A stretch of 64,000 nucleotides of DNA, taken from assembly GCA_964016885.1 (NCBI GenBank), contig OZ024743.1:57102001-57166000 (forward strand), written 5' to 3'. The notes under the pieces were generated by a model. That model saw only the letters and a program-made list of their open reading frames with translations. It made no database searches and was not told the DNA's origin. Origin of the DNA: Eledone cirrhosa (lineage: Eukaryota). Position numbers and translations under genes: made by a program. Positions 1 through 13,134 of this stretch are shown here, one piece after another (the stretch's first letter is position 1; every line of letters begins with the position of its first letter).

Positions 1-111
1 CTCACAGGACCATAAGTATTACATGTGTAAAGTTTGAAAACAATCGGTTGGGTGGTTCTCGAGTTTTAGGGAGTCAGACAGACAGACATTCTCTGTTTTA
101 GATATATAGAT
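1..111 (+). mobile_element. 3' end of a probable non-autonomous Helitron-like (Lep1/HINE-type) element
   Basis: AAAGTTTGAAAACAATCGGTTG...GTTTT, a short (CAGA)n run and terminal ATATATAGAT follow the layout of known non-autonomous Helitron 3' ends; recognised from memory, no alignment run. Confidence 0.45.
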
Positions 112-469
112 TATATCTATAATTATATTGTTTATATACTTTATATAATACTTTGTGTCAAGACGCTTGGCTCAGTGGTTAAAGTGTTCAGCTCACGATC
201 GTAAATTTATGCGGGGTGGCGGTCGTGGTTAGAAAATCGACAAATTTTCTAGATTGTCTTCGTTGATTTTTTAAAAACCATAATTAGTCGTTTAGTTTAC
301 ATATTGAGACACCAACCCATCCTATTTATTTTATAACTTATGGGATTTCTAGTAATGTACTATTTTGTCATGCAATGTACTATTTTGTCATTTAGAAAGA
401 AAATTAATTGTCGCAGGAATGTTACTACCTAAAATAAAATTTCACCCGAGATAGATTAGCAAAATGTAA

Positions 470-570
470 TAAACGGGGGTTGGGGGTTGGAATAAGAGCG
501 AGGGCTTGGCAAAAATCTGAAAAATTAGTAAGCGGGGTGGAGGGTGACGATTATTCTAGACCCAAGAGTA
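470..570. mobile_element. Probable single terminus of a DNA transposon/MITE
   Basis: Ends ...GACGATTATTCTAGACCCAAGAGTA, a TIR-like end finishing in TA; partner TIR not found in the window. Confidence 0.3.
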
Positions 571-1221
571 CGCCTCGAGGATAAGATGGTGAAAATATAG
601 CAATGGCGAACCGCTAGTGACACTCACTGTATCAGCTATTCCATCTTATGCAGCTCTGCACTCCTCCAAATTCAGCAGAGGAAAACAGCAAAACGAGATG
701 GAGGACAATGGCGGTTTTGATGAAATTATCCCTGTATTCAACAGCATTTAAAAATATTTTATTAAATAATTATGATCACATTATAAATATGCAATGTGTG
801 AGCATCAGTTGATGTTGCAATTTATGGCGAGCTCTATAGGTTGCTAGGCAACAGAAGACATATTTATTCCATTTAAACGTACGATTAAAAAATGTTTATG
901 TTCAAGATAGGTTCGATGAAATAGTAGAGCGCTTAGAATGAAATTGAAACATTTAACAATGATTGCTCCAAATACTGAATCAAATATAAACTTAGGCGCG
1001 CACACACACACACATGCATGCATACACTTATATACATAGCTAGCGGTATGTTCAATGTTTCGTATGTGTTTATGCTAACACACATACACACTCACACGTT
1101 TAAATACATAACTGGCTGTATGTTGTGCGTGTATTTAACAGGAAATAAGATGTTGCCAAATGCTGTTAGAACTTAACGGATAACGCTGGAATTAATGAGC
1201 AGCATTCGGATTTTTTTTTCT

Positions 1222-2155
<934 letters not shown>

Positions 2156-2632
2156 TGTAATAATTTCAGTAAAGCGTGAGTATGAATTTAAAATGAAGCT
2201 GCAATGCTTTAAGTATTCTCTAGAGAAATGTAGAAAATTGGAATAAGTTTATTTAATTTGCTCTGTACTTTATGTTTTAGATATTACTTTTTAAAATCAT
2301 TAATATGTAAATGTAGTATTTGAATAAAACCAACCAATGGTGAGAATCTCTGTCGACCTAGGTCTCAGAATCATCTCCCTTCTTGTTGCTAACGAGGCGC
2401 AGTTGGTAAACCAAAAGAATTAATTATTGAATCTTTCAGTGTATCTCGCTTAATATTTTCTGGAGTAACTTTGCAATTCAGTTCATTGGGGCCATGAGGT
2501 AATATCCACCTGAGGTTTTGTATTTTAGAAAGATAGAGCGAACAAACGAAAGAACGTAGCAACCTTTCATTGGTTGTTTGATGCTGCTGTCATTTGTCAT
2601 TATGTTTAATGACTAAAACTACTAAAAATAAT

Positions 2633-2767
2633 GGTTTCTTATATAGGCACAAGGCCAGTAATTTGGGGGTAGGGGAAAGTCGATTAAATCGACCAGAACG
2701 GAAAGAGTCGTAACTATGCTACGAAGCATGGTGTCCGGCACTCTACCGACACTGCCAATCAACCGCC
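2633..2767 (-). mobile_element. SINE family A copy, internally deleted, with 20-bp target-site duplication
   Basis: Reverse complement begins GGCGGTTGATTGGCAG and ends GGCCTTGTGCCTATATAAGAAACC; flanked by CTAAAACTACTAAAAATAAT (2613-2632) and CTAAAACCACTAAAAATAAT (2768-2787). Confidence 0.85.
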
Positions 2768-2899
2768 CTAAAACCACTAAAAATAATTAAAAAAATATAA
2801 TTGCAAATATAATGGTATATCTCAGCTGTAGGAGCGGATTGGGGGTGCATGGGATTGGCAGAGTTGTTCGAATAGACGAATAGGATGCTTTATTGTATT

Positions 2900-3010
2900 C
2901 AAATAAATATAAAACTTGAAGTACAAGTACTGGGGCCAGTATGATCGACTCAATAAAAGCGGTGTCCCAGCACAACCGCAGTCAAATTATTGAAACCAAC
3001 AAATTAATAA
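2900..3010 (+). mobile_element. SINE 3' part whose tail matches the 3' end of the LINE at 32.8 kb
   Basis: GCGGTGTCCCAGCACAACCGCAGTCAAATTATTGAAAC resembles LINE GCGGTGCCCCAGCATGGCCTCAGCCGGATGGCTGAAAC. Confidence 0.65.
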
Positions 3011-3209
3011 AGTCTAAAGAATTTTTTACTAAAAAGTTTTCCCCAGTGTAAAAAAATGAACCTTCCATTTATTGATTCGTTATTTTATGTTTATCGGGAG
3101 AAAAATAAACGCCTGTGAAATTAACAATAGCACTAACCCAGCGTAATTAAGAAGAGAGGCGTCTCTTCTCCACACCACCGATGTTCTCCAAGGGAAAGGC
3201 AAAGGTCGA

Positions 3210-3345
3210 TACAGCTGAGTAAATTGTAGTAACACGAAATAAATGTCTTGCTCAAGAACACAACGCAAAACCCGGTCCGAGAATCAAACTCACAACCTTA
3301 CGATTGTAAGCCCGTCGCTCTAACCACTAAGCCATGCCCCTTCAC
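3210..3345 (-). mobile_element. tRNA-derived SINE family B, 5' part
   Basis: Reverse complement has an A box (TGGCTTAGTGG), a B-box-like GTTTGATTC and the CORE-like GTGTTCTTGAGCAAGACATTT. Confidence 0.8.
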
Positions 3346-5007
3346 TGAAGGTGAATAGGGAATACTGAAATACATGTATTTGGCATACTTACATGTTTAC
3401 TGAGGTAGCTGTAATGTGACCACAGCTTAAAATACTTAGTGAGACTATATGTATGTTTATTATATATAACCAAATATACGCTGTCATCACTAGAATGGAT
3501 CTCCGTCGGTTTAGAATGATGAATGTTCCAATTGTTCGATCAATGGAACATCATGCTCATGAAATTATAGTATTAGTGAATGGGCTTTCCAGACACGTGT
3601 ACGCTTAACGTAATTCTCATGGAGATTCATTGTGACATACGGTGTAACGAGGCTGGACTTTCGAATTATAGGTACTGTCCATCCCATGGGCTTCCAAATG
3701 GTTTACGTCAACCCATTTTCACTCACAAAATTTCGCTCGATTTGGCGGTTATGGTAGATGATACTTGCCCAACATACCACGCAGTGGGATCGAACCTGTG
3801 ACCTAAAAATTACTAAGCAAGTTTCTTAACTATTCTATCACGCGCTGGCCCCGCGCTGTAAAAAAAATGACAGCTAACTGTAATATCTATACATGATATA
3901 AAAAAAGAGATGTTTGTTTGTTGGTTGGCTGGTTGGTTGGTTCCTTCGCGCTCACTCACACAAGGGAAACAAACATACAAACACACAGCTGCGACGAATC
4001 TTAGAATGCTAGACTTCTATAGTTTCGCACGCCCTTCCTTAGTCACCACCTCAGTCGACGTAATCACCCCTTCCTTCCTCAGTCAAGGTTTGGTAAATTC
4101 TTGCAATAGTATATGACATAATTAACACGTCACAATTAACAAGCATCATACTTAACTCATATTATACCGAAAACGTCATACATGACCTAATCATTTATTT
4201 CATGAAATAATTAGCATATGGCAAAGTTACTTATGGGAGAAGACTCGTGTTCAGTTCATGATCGTAAAGTCGTTAATTTGATTCCCAGTGGTGCATTATG
4301 TCCTTGAGCAAGACTATTTACAATAAACTTGAAAAAGTCATGGATATCACGCAGTCCCTTTTACCTTTCTAAATATAAATTTTAAACAAAATACCGAAAT
4401 CTCAATCAGCATTAACGATATCGATCTGTTTAAGTTTTATATAGTTCAAACTATATTGAAAAATCAAATAATAGACTATCTATCATTTACGTTGAATGAA
4501 ATAAAATACTAACTTAGTACGAAAGTTGATATTACTGAAGGATAATTCAATAAGTAGTGTTTGATAACACACTTTCTATTGAAACTTAAGACTATATCTA
4601 TAGAGATATATGATAAGTGATATTTTGAATAAGTTACAGTCTGGAGATAAAGAGACTGTGTTCTTACGACATAAAAGGATATTGTAGATGGCCGATTTAA
4701 AGTTATACACCCTTGACGCATGATTAAATTGTACCTCCATCGTGGAGATATTGCAGGTTATAATTTGACTATTTTATACCCAGGGACTACAATACAGTGT
4801 ATTCCACCAACATGAAAGATATTATGGATGATCGCTTGAATGATTGGCATCGTGAAGTTTCAACTTACTGTGTCCTTCTAGTATGGAAGGATATAGATAA
4901 TAGCTTGGCATCGCCTTATATTGCCGACGGAGACTGCACAAGACCAAATTAATGAAAACAAGTTCAACACTTTGCCTATTTCTTTCTTATTCCTTTTCTT
5001 CTTACAC

Positions 5008-5040
5008 TCTATGATGAAAGGCTTAACCTGAAACGTCAGA
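5008..5040 (+). ncRNA. Degenerate minimal type I hammerhead motif (Penelope pLTR type)
   Basis: TCT-ATGATGA-A-AGG-CTTAA-CCT-GAAAC-GTC-AGA; C3 is replaced by A. Confidence 0.5.
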
Positions 5041-5409
5041 TTCCTTCTCTTTTTCATTGAACACTACGTATTTGTTGATATGTTTTGCCTACCACGTATC
5101 TTCCTTTTTCCACCATTTATTTAACTTCTCACGATGTCCAGCGGTTATCCCTTCCCTATCACACACATACCGCCTGCTTGTGGTGGGTCCGATAACATTG
5201 TTAGAACTCAATGTGTTCCCGGATAAATGGTTACAGCGAGATTAGGCGGTGTGACCAGTAGTTTTTGTAGTAGGCGGCCGCCCAGTAAGGTTTCCTCGAA
5301 AAATAATCTGCTCAGGTAGAGTATTTTATATTTATGTGTGTGTGCATAGAACAATGAAAACACACACACACACATAGTGGAGATGTTTAGTGGTGTCTCT
5401 ATGATGCGT

Positions 5410-5672
5410 GAATTAGTGTTTGAGTGTGTTCGGCTCACAATCGTGAGTTCGGATCCCGGAGGCGCTTTGTGCCCCTGAGCACAGCACTATTTTACATTGC
5501 TCCAGTTCACTCAACTGGCAAAACTGAGTCGTACTTGTACTTCAAACGGCTAGCCTTATCATACATTATGTTACGTCGAGTACACGTGGCTATGGAATGC
5601 TCAGTGACTTGCAAGTTAATTTCCCGAGCACCGTTTCGTTGTTCGATCAACTGGAATAGTTGTCGTCGGAAT
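5410..5672 (+). mobile_element. SINE family B copy
   Basis: tRNA-like head, GTGCCCCTGAGCACAGCACT core and the family B tail (GCTCAG...TTAATTTC...GATCAACTGGAA). Confidence 0.8.
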
Positions 5673-5879
5673 TGACAATGGTCCAAAGTACAGAGACTCA
5701 CAGTCTATTTATAACTCACGTTATAAATAGAAACGGACAGATATAGGGACATTTAAATAGATTGGTGTATTACAACCATAGATATATAGCATAGATATAG
5801 GGACATTTAAATATATTGATATATTACAAACACAGCTATATAGCATAGATGTCGATAATCATCGCTTAACTAGTGGGGT

Positions 5880-6080
5880 GGAGCTCGTCAAATCGAACCA
5901 AGGAAACAACGTATACATTGGTCGTTCTAATTGTTAATACTGTCGGTCGCAAATCTAGGCAGAAGGAGCAACGGGAAATAAAGTGCCTTGCTCAAGGACA
6001 TAACGCATCACCCGGTCCAGGAATTGAACTCACAACTTTACGCTTGCATAACCAATTCTCGAACCACTCAGCCACACGCC
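5880..6080 (-). mobile_element. SINE with family B head and an alternative tail
   Basis: Same head as family B; the tail matches the copy at 41960-42150. Confidence 0.75.
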
Positions 6081-6289
6081 TTCACAAGCATAGATATAGG
6101 GGCATTTAGCTATATCGATATATAGATGTTCTTAGATTACAACCTTAGCTATACGATCATGTAATTTAATAAAAACAATATGTCCGTTGTTGTAAAGAAT
6201 ATTGTCAAAAACTTTAGCTTGTCCGAAGAATGGCAATATTAATTGTTAGACACTCTCATCTACTAAAAAACTAAATTTAAGGAATGGGT

Positions 6290-6463
6290 CTCTCTCGGTT
6301 TCGACGATGAACGTTCTGTTGGAATAACGGAACAGCCTGCTCGTGAGGTTATTGAATAGATGATGGCTGGCCTTTCCATAGACAAGCGTACCCTTAACAT
6401 AGGTTGCAAAAGGATTTTGCGTGACATTGTGACAAAGCTGTCCCTTTGAATTACAAGTACACT
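6290..6463 (-). mobile_element. SINE family B, 3' half
   Basis: Reverse complement matches the family B tail; the copy stops where the minisatellite begins. Confidence 0.75.
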
Positions 6464-6798
6464 ATCAGAAGCCATGACTAAAAGTACTTCTCTTTCCACA
6501 GTTTTAACATCAGAAGCCATGACTAAAAGTACTTCTTTCCACAGTTTTAACATCAGAAGCCATGACTAAAAGTACTTCTCTTTCCACAGTTTTAACATCA
6601 GAAGCCATGACTAAATACTTCTCTTTCCACAGTTTTAATATCAGAAGCCATGACTAAAAGTACTTGTCTTTCCACAGTTTTAACATCAGAAGCCATGACT
6701 AAAAGTACTTCTCTTTCCAGTTTTAACATCAGAAGCCATGACTAAAAGTACTTCTCTTTCCACAGTTTTAACATCAGAAGCCATGGCTAAAAATACTT
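6464..6798. repeat. 45-bp minisatellite, about 7.5 copies
   Basis: Unit ATCAGAAGCCATGACTAAAAGTACTTCTCTTTCCACAGTTTTAAC, head-to-tail, with occasional 2-bp deletions. Confidence 0.95.
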
Positions 6799-8589
6799 AT
6801 GTAAAGTTTCTCATTCAATGAACTCAATCTGGTCACTGTATTATATTAATTTCCTTTGAATTAATAACATTCTAAATGATGACTGCTATGTAATCTTGTG
6901 CCTGTCATGTTATACACGAGCTATTAATTACCTAAGCTTATATTTCACTTTATAGTGTATCATCAAAAGAATTGGTCGATATCAGTATGTTGCTTGCTGC
7001 TATTCATGATTTTAAAAAAATGGTCTTAGCTTCAGCTGGATTCATCTTTTGTTCCATTTTCAATGTCAACAATACTCCATTATTCATGTTTCAGTAAAGA
7101 TAACAAGAACGCTGTTCTTTCATTACGCTCAGCAACTGGCAATGAGCCAACCCTTTTCGTGTTAGATGCCTTTTCTGTTCTTGCAAAGAAAATGTCTGCT
7201 CATGTTCTTTGAGAAAATGAAAGAAACCCAATCTAGCGTCATAACAATTTCCTTCTTAATCTAACTATTACATTTGTTTGTTGACAGATTGAAAGATTAT
7301 TTACGTTTGAAGTAACAATTGGTTTTGAAGCAAAGGGTGATTGAATGTTCGGAATACTTAATATATGCGCCATGTCTATACCATAACATCAAGGAGTTTC
7401 CAGAATTTGGTGGATAAATGATTAAGAAGTTGGCTTCGCAATCATTAGGTCCCGGGTTCGATTCCTCTGGGTGGTATCTTGGGACAGTGTCATTTACCAT
7501 AGCTTTGGATCGACCCATGCCTCGTGACACGAATTTTTAAAAATTCTTTTACTTTTTTCAGTCATTAGACTGCGGCCATCTTGTCCGTGAAGTACAGCTG
7601 AGATAAACAATCAAGCCAAAGGTGTTGAATCTGCCCTTCACCATTTCTCTCTCTAACGGTTCTGTCAAAATAATTATGATCACTTTAATTAAGTGTAGTT
7701 ATTGAGTATAGTCAAAATATCAGTTTAAAATGTCCTTATGAGTGCTGTAGAATACAATTCAAGCAAAATAGTTTATATGAAGTATTGTGAAGTACATAGT
7801 TATGATTGTTTTGGAAAAACCGGTACAATGAAAATTAGAAATATCCATAACCTACGTTGGTTTGTTGGTCTCGCTTGGATGGAGATTCAACTGGATTATT
7901 TAGAGACGGTTGCTTCTAATAGGACCCTTTCGAAGGCGTGTCTGAGGACTGCCTCAACAACTCCTTCAGTGAACGAAGAAGAAAAATAGAGCGAAAATAA
8001 TAATGAAAGTAAAAAAATAGTTTACGTTTTTGCCGTATATTTAATAATACTTCGAGGCTAATTGCAGCCAACACCATATACCATTTTCTTTTTGAAAAAG
8101 AGATTCTATGCTCGAAACATTATGAAATATAATATAAAAGTGTAAACTTATTTTGTTTTTCTTAGTATACTCTACTCCAGTTTTCACTCATGTATTTGCA
8201 CTGTATCGGCTTTCTCTGAACAATCAAAACCACAATTTCTCTTATAATATTGGGGAAAAGCCTGAACGTCACAACGTAACGCTGTCCTTTAAAGTTTTGT
8301 TAAAAATAGAGGAACTAAAAAAATAAACATTTGGATTTTCTAACCGTTTTCTGGTGATACAGTAGATAAAGGTTTTTATTGACAAGGCTTGGTAAATTCT
8401 TGCAATACAAACTTCATATGTCATAATCAACACATCATAAGTAACATACGTCATAATGAACACGTCATAATGAACACGTCATAATGAACACGTCATAATA
8501 CATGATCTAATCATTTGTTTCATGATAATCGTTTATTTCATGACATATTTAGCATATGGCATATGATATAATTACTTATGGGAGAAGGC

Positions 8590-8890
8590 CAATGATCAGT
8601 TTACGATCGTAAAGTCGTGAATTCGATTCGCAGTGGGGCATTCCGCCTTGAGCAAGGCACTTTATTTCATGTCGCTCTTGTTCACTCAGCTGGAAAAATG
8701 AGTTGTGCCAGTAATTCTAAGGGCTAGCCATGTCACACGCTTTGTTACGCTAAATCTCCCTGAGCATTATATTTATGGTGCATGTCGGTGTAATGCTCAG
8801 CTAATTGTATGATAATTTCACGAGCTGGGTGTTCCATTTTGTTGGTCAAACAACTGGAACGTACGTCATCGAAACCGACGGAGATCCAAC
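8590..8890 (+). mobile_element. SINE family B copy
   Basis: CCTTGAGCAAGGCACTTTATTTCA core and tail ending ACCGACGGAG. Confidence 0.8.
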
Positions 8891-9793
8891 ACGCTTCCAC
8901 ACACACACACTATGTTTACACCAACCCCTAACATCTACTTCAAGTACAAAACTAAACTAAGTAACGTTCCCATTCAATATGCTTCCGTTTAATCTGACCA
9001 ATGTTTTCTTCGATCGCGACCTTGCTGGGGAACCACCTTCACTTTATTCACTATATCCAGCTCAGCACTTATTGAAGTCTGCTACATTATCGACCTTCTG
9101 TTAAACTGTTAAGTTACGGGACATCAACACAGACATAAACACTCATTAAATTGACATTATTTTAAACATTAACCCAGTAAAATAAATTCATTTGTAATTG
9201 TTACACATTTTAAGGCTCATTCTCTCATATAAACATATATACGCCAGGCCCGAACACAAAAGAACCAAACTCCCACTGTCACTGCCTGCGCCTCTCCCGC
9301 TCTCCCCATCTCTCATTGTGAGCAAATGGGGGCCCTCAAGGTCAGAAGGCGTTTTCCCGGAGGATGGTGAGAGAGAAGCGCTGGAAGAGCCATTCCAGCT
9401 TCCGACGCTCACACATGCAGGTAGCCAACTCTGTGCCAATGGTAATGAGTAAGGAGGTGGCCCTAGGGCCAATGACTCCAGAAGTCTCCTGGTTTAGAAA
9501 CAATAACATATTTAGAAAACGGCGAGCAGAATTTGAAAATTGAATCAGAAGATCTTGCCGTAACTTTAAATAATATAGTCTGTTGATGTTCATCTTTTCT
9601 CGCTCAGTGAGCCTATACGCCGATATTATTAGACTATTTTATTTAGTCAAATTACGGCGAGATCTAATTCAATTTTCAATAACATATCTGTTTTAACGAC
9701 TGTTCTAGCGATGAGTTTTCTCATTTTTATATATATTCAAACACACTCTCGCTTCGTCTCGATAAAAGACAACATTGTTTTATATTTATATTT

Positions 9794-9978
9794 ATAATTG
9801 TTTCTACTATTGGCACAAGGCCAGCAATTATCCCAGTACATTACTGGTACTTTATGTTATCGAGCCGTAAGGATGAAAGGCAAAGTTAACCTCGGATTTG
9901 AACTCAGAATGGCAAGGGCCGTAACTATGCGTCAAAGCATGGTGTCCGACCCTCTACCGATACTGCCAATTCACCGCC
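9794..9978 (-). mobile_element. SINE family A copy (left member of an inverted pair)
   Basis: Reverse complement GGCGGTGAATTGGCAGTATCGGTAGAGGGTCGGAC...GCCTTTCATCCTTACGG...GGCCTTGTGCC. Confidence 0.9.
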
Positions 9979-10094
9979 CTTGTATATCATTATAAATGTA
10001 TATTTATATATATTTATAATGATATACAAGGGCGGTGTATTGTATATCATTATAAATATAAATATATATTTATAATGATATACATTTGTATTAG

Positions 10095-10286
10095 GGCGGT
10101 GGATTGGCAGTATCGGTAGAGGGTCGGACGCCATGCTTTGCAGCAAAGAGTTACGGCCCTTTATGGTCTGAGTTCAAATCCCTCCGAGGTTAACTTTGCC
10201 TTTCATCCTTATGGGGTCGGTAAAATAAAGTACCAGTAATACACTGGGATAATTACTGGCCTTGTGCCTAAAGTAGAAACAATTAT
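10095..10286 (+). mobile_element. SINE family A copy (right member of an inverted pair)
   Basis: GGCGGTGGATTGGCAGTATCGGTAGAGG...GAGTTCAAATCC (B box)...GCCTTTCATCC...GGCCTTGTGCCTAAAGTAGAAAC. Confidence 0.9.
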
Positions 10287-12129
10287 AAATATATATTTAT
10301 ATTTATGATATACAAATGGAGTATCTTATCGGCATTTTGCTACACTGACGGAAGTGAAATCTACTGATTAAGACAATGAAATTTATATTGAGATTGGGAT
10401 ATATTGTACTCTTTGACGGCAAATTGGAGTCATTAAAATGTAGGACAGAATGTCTTGAGGTAATCCGTTCCGACTCTCTGCTCTCGGAGTTCAAATCCTC
10501 TCGAGGTCAATATTACCTTTCATCCATTCGAGGTCGATAAATACAATACCACTCATATACTGGGGTAGATTCTCTCTCTATTCGCTTGCCCTCAGTCTCC
10601 TTCCTTACAAGAAATTGGTTGTATTTCGGCCTGGGGAGGGATAGGTTCCGTTAGATTTAAATGTTCAAGACACGTGGTATGTCACGACGCCGTACCTACG
10701 ATACCACCAAGATTTAAGGGTTCACGGATTGACATTAGAACTATCATCCACCACGCACACGTAAACACACGCATTCGTTCACACACAGAATGACACGAGT
10801 ATATTTCCAAGGGGATTAGTGATATTCAGTGAAAAGAAGTAGCTAAATATGAGAATTAAAAACCGAGTTACAGTGTAACTGTGAAGATCGTGAGTTCAAT
10901 TTCAGGCGGTGCGTTGTGTTCTTGAGCAAAACACTATTTTACGATGCCCCAGTGACTCAACTGGACGACCGACTCGTGAATGAACCTACAAGTAGTTGAA
11001 TATTCCATTGCTACGCGTGCCATTCACGTAATTCCTAAACCGAACCTGCATGATACAATATGTGACAAGACTGCACCTTTAAATTACAGGAAATAATCTA
11101 TCAGATGAACTTGCGCCTATATTTCGTCTACATAATTACCCTTCACAAAGCTTGGGTCACGTGAGGCTGTGGTAAAAATCACTTGTTTAAGATGCCATAC
11201 AGTGAGTCCGAACCCTAGATCTCATGATCTCAAAACAAACTATTTAGATATTTGGACATGCTATGTCCAGAGTAAGTTATAATGACCGAGTTGATACCAT
11301 AATAACCTCTTGTCTTTGTGGGAGTGATTAAGTATCGAACTATAGCTATTTCGTAGAGTGGCAAGATGTTTAATGTTGTTGCCGGAGAAACAAAAATCAA
11401 TATTAGGATATTTTAGTAAATTGATGCCACCAGATCAACTTTTTGATGTGAAATTAATCTAAAATCAAACAAAAATCTTGCCCTTTGCACTTCAGAGAGG
11501 AACTAACTCATGGTTAATCATAACCGAACAGGTCCTCATGAAGTATTGTGTAAGCTGTATCGACAAAGTTGATACTACATCAGACTTTTCACTATGTATC
11601 GAACTAAAGATATTTTGGGGATCCAGCCGGATCAGTTGCAGACGGTTGCTTCTGACAAAACCCGCTGAAGTGTTTGAGGACTTAGGAATAAGTGGGCGAA
11701 GAAGAAGAAGAAGAAGAAGACAAGAAGTTTAACACTATTGCTGAAAGAATAAAAATCAATATATAGGTATTTTAGTAAACTGATGCTACCAGATCAAATT
11801 TTTGAAGTGAAAACCATTCAAAATTAAACAGAAAAATCTCAGCGCTAAAATTCATTTGGCTCTTTAATAAAACAACGGATAAAGATCAGCATTTACTGTA
11901 AGTGTAATGGAATCCGGTCGTTTGATAGAAAAATGACACCTAGCCGAGAAATTATCGATTAGCAAATGAAACTGGTGCTGTGAAGTTAATACCTATAACC
12001 AATCGACAAAGAAAGAAAGTTTAAATTTAGAGGATATTCGAGACATAATTAAACTCGAAGAAAAGAAATCACGATGAAGTGATTCGACACTTTATGTAGA
12101 CGATACCTGACCAAGATGATGGAGAGTGT

Positions 12130-12312
12130 GGTGTGTGTTAGAAAGAGGGGGTGAGGGTGAGAGAAAGGGAGGGAGTGTCTGTGTGAGAAAGAAAGTATGT
12201 GAGTGTGTGTAAGAAAAAAAATGAAAGAAAGAGAGTGTGAGAAAGCGAGCGAGCGAGTGTACGTGTGAGAAAGAAAGAAAGAGTGTGTGTGTGTGCGGGA
12301 GAGAGAGTGTGG

Positions 12313-12406
<94 letters not shown>

Positions 12407-12870
12407 GAAGAGAGAGTGAGTGAGTGAGTGTGAGAAACGAAGAGAGAGAGTGAGTGAGTGAGTGTGAGAAAGGGAGAGTGAGTGAGTGAGTGTGAGAAAG
12501 AGTGAGTGAGTGTGAGAAAGAGTGAGTGAGTGTGAGAAAGAGAGTGAGTGAGTGTGAGAAAGAGAGTGAGTGAGTGTGAGAACGAGAGTGAGTGAGTGAG
12601 TGTGAGAAAGAGAGAGGGTGAGTGTGTGTGAAAGAGAAAGAAAGAGTGAGTATGTGTGTGAGAAAGAAAGAGAAAGAAAGAGTGAGTATGTGTGTGAGAA
12701 AGAAAGAGTGAGTATGTGTGTGAGAAACAAAGAGTGAGTATGTGTGTGAGAAAGAAAGAGTGAGTATGTATGTGAGAAAGAAAGAGTGCGTGCGTGCGTT
12801 AGAAAGAAAAAGTATGTGCGTATGTTAGAAAGGAAGAGTGTGTGTGTGTGCGGGCGTGTGTGTGAAAGAT
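12130..12870. repeat. Compound (GA)n / GAGT-based low-complexity tract
   Basis: (GA)n followed by GAGTGAGTGAGTGTGAGAAA-type units. Confidence 0.95.
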
Positions 12871-13083
12871 AGAGAAAGACAAATAGGATCAGTGAAAGTA
12901 TAAAATTACTAAAACACTTCTATAGTTTAACATGAGACATATATGAAATCTTACCTATATATATATATATATATAGTAATAAATATAAATTTGAAGACTA
13001 AAATCCAAAGAGGGCTCGATAAGGATAAATATATATCAAATATATATGAACCGTAGAGCAAATATTTATTAAAATAACATTAA

Positions 13084-13134
13084 AGTTTAAGCAAAGAATC
13101 GCTGCTTTCACCCTTAACGGGATCTTCTGAAACT
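13084..13134 (-). ncRNA. Type I hammerhead fold with variant core in the Naiad 3' arm
   Basis: Stem I AGTTT/AAACT, core CAGAAGA, stem II CCC-GTTAA-GGG, GAA, stem III AGCA/TGCT. Confidence 0.55.

Noticed and set aside
840-852. Perfect RFX X-box GTTGCTAGGCAAC
   Set aside because: Single short motif in probable transposon-derived sequence with no linked gene evidence
4560-4740. Possible GIY-YIG C-terminal remnant upstream of the 5.0-kb hammerhead motif
   Set aside because: Could not reconstruct convincing motifs by eye
6464-6798. CRISPR-like regular repeat
   Set aside because: Units are contiguous with no unique spacers, no cas genes, eukaryotic context
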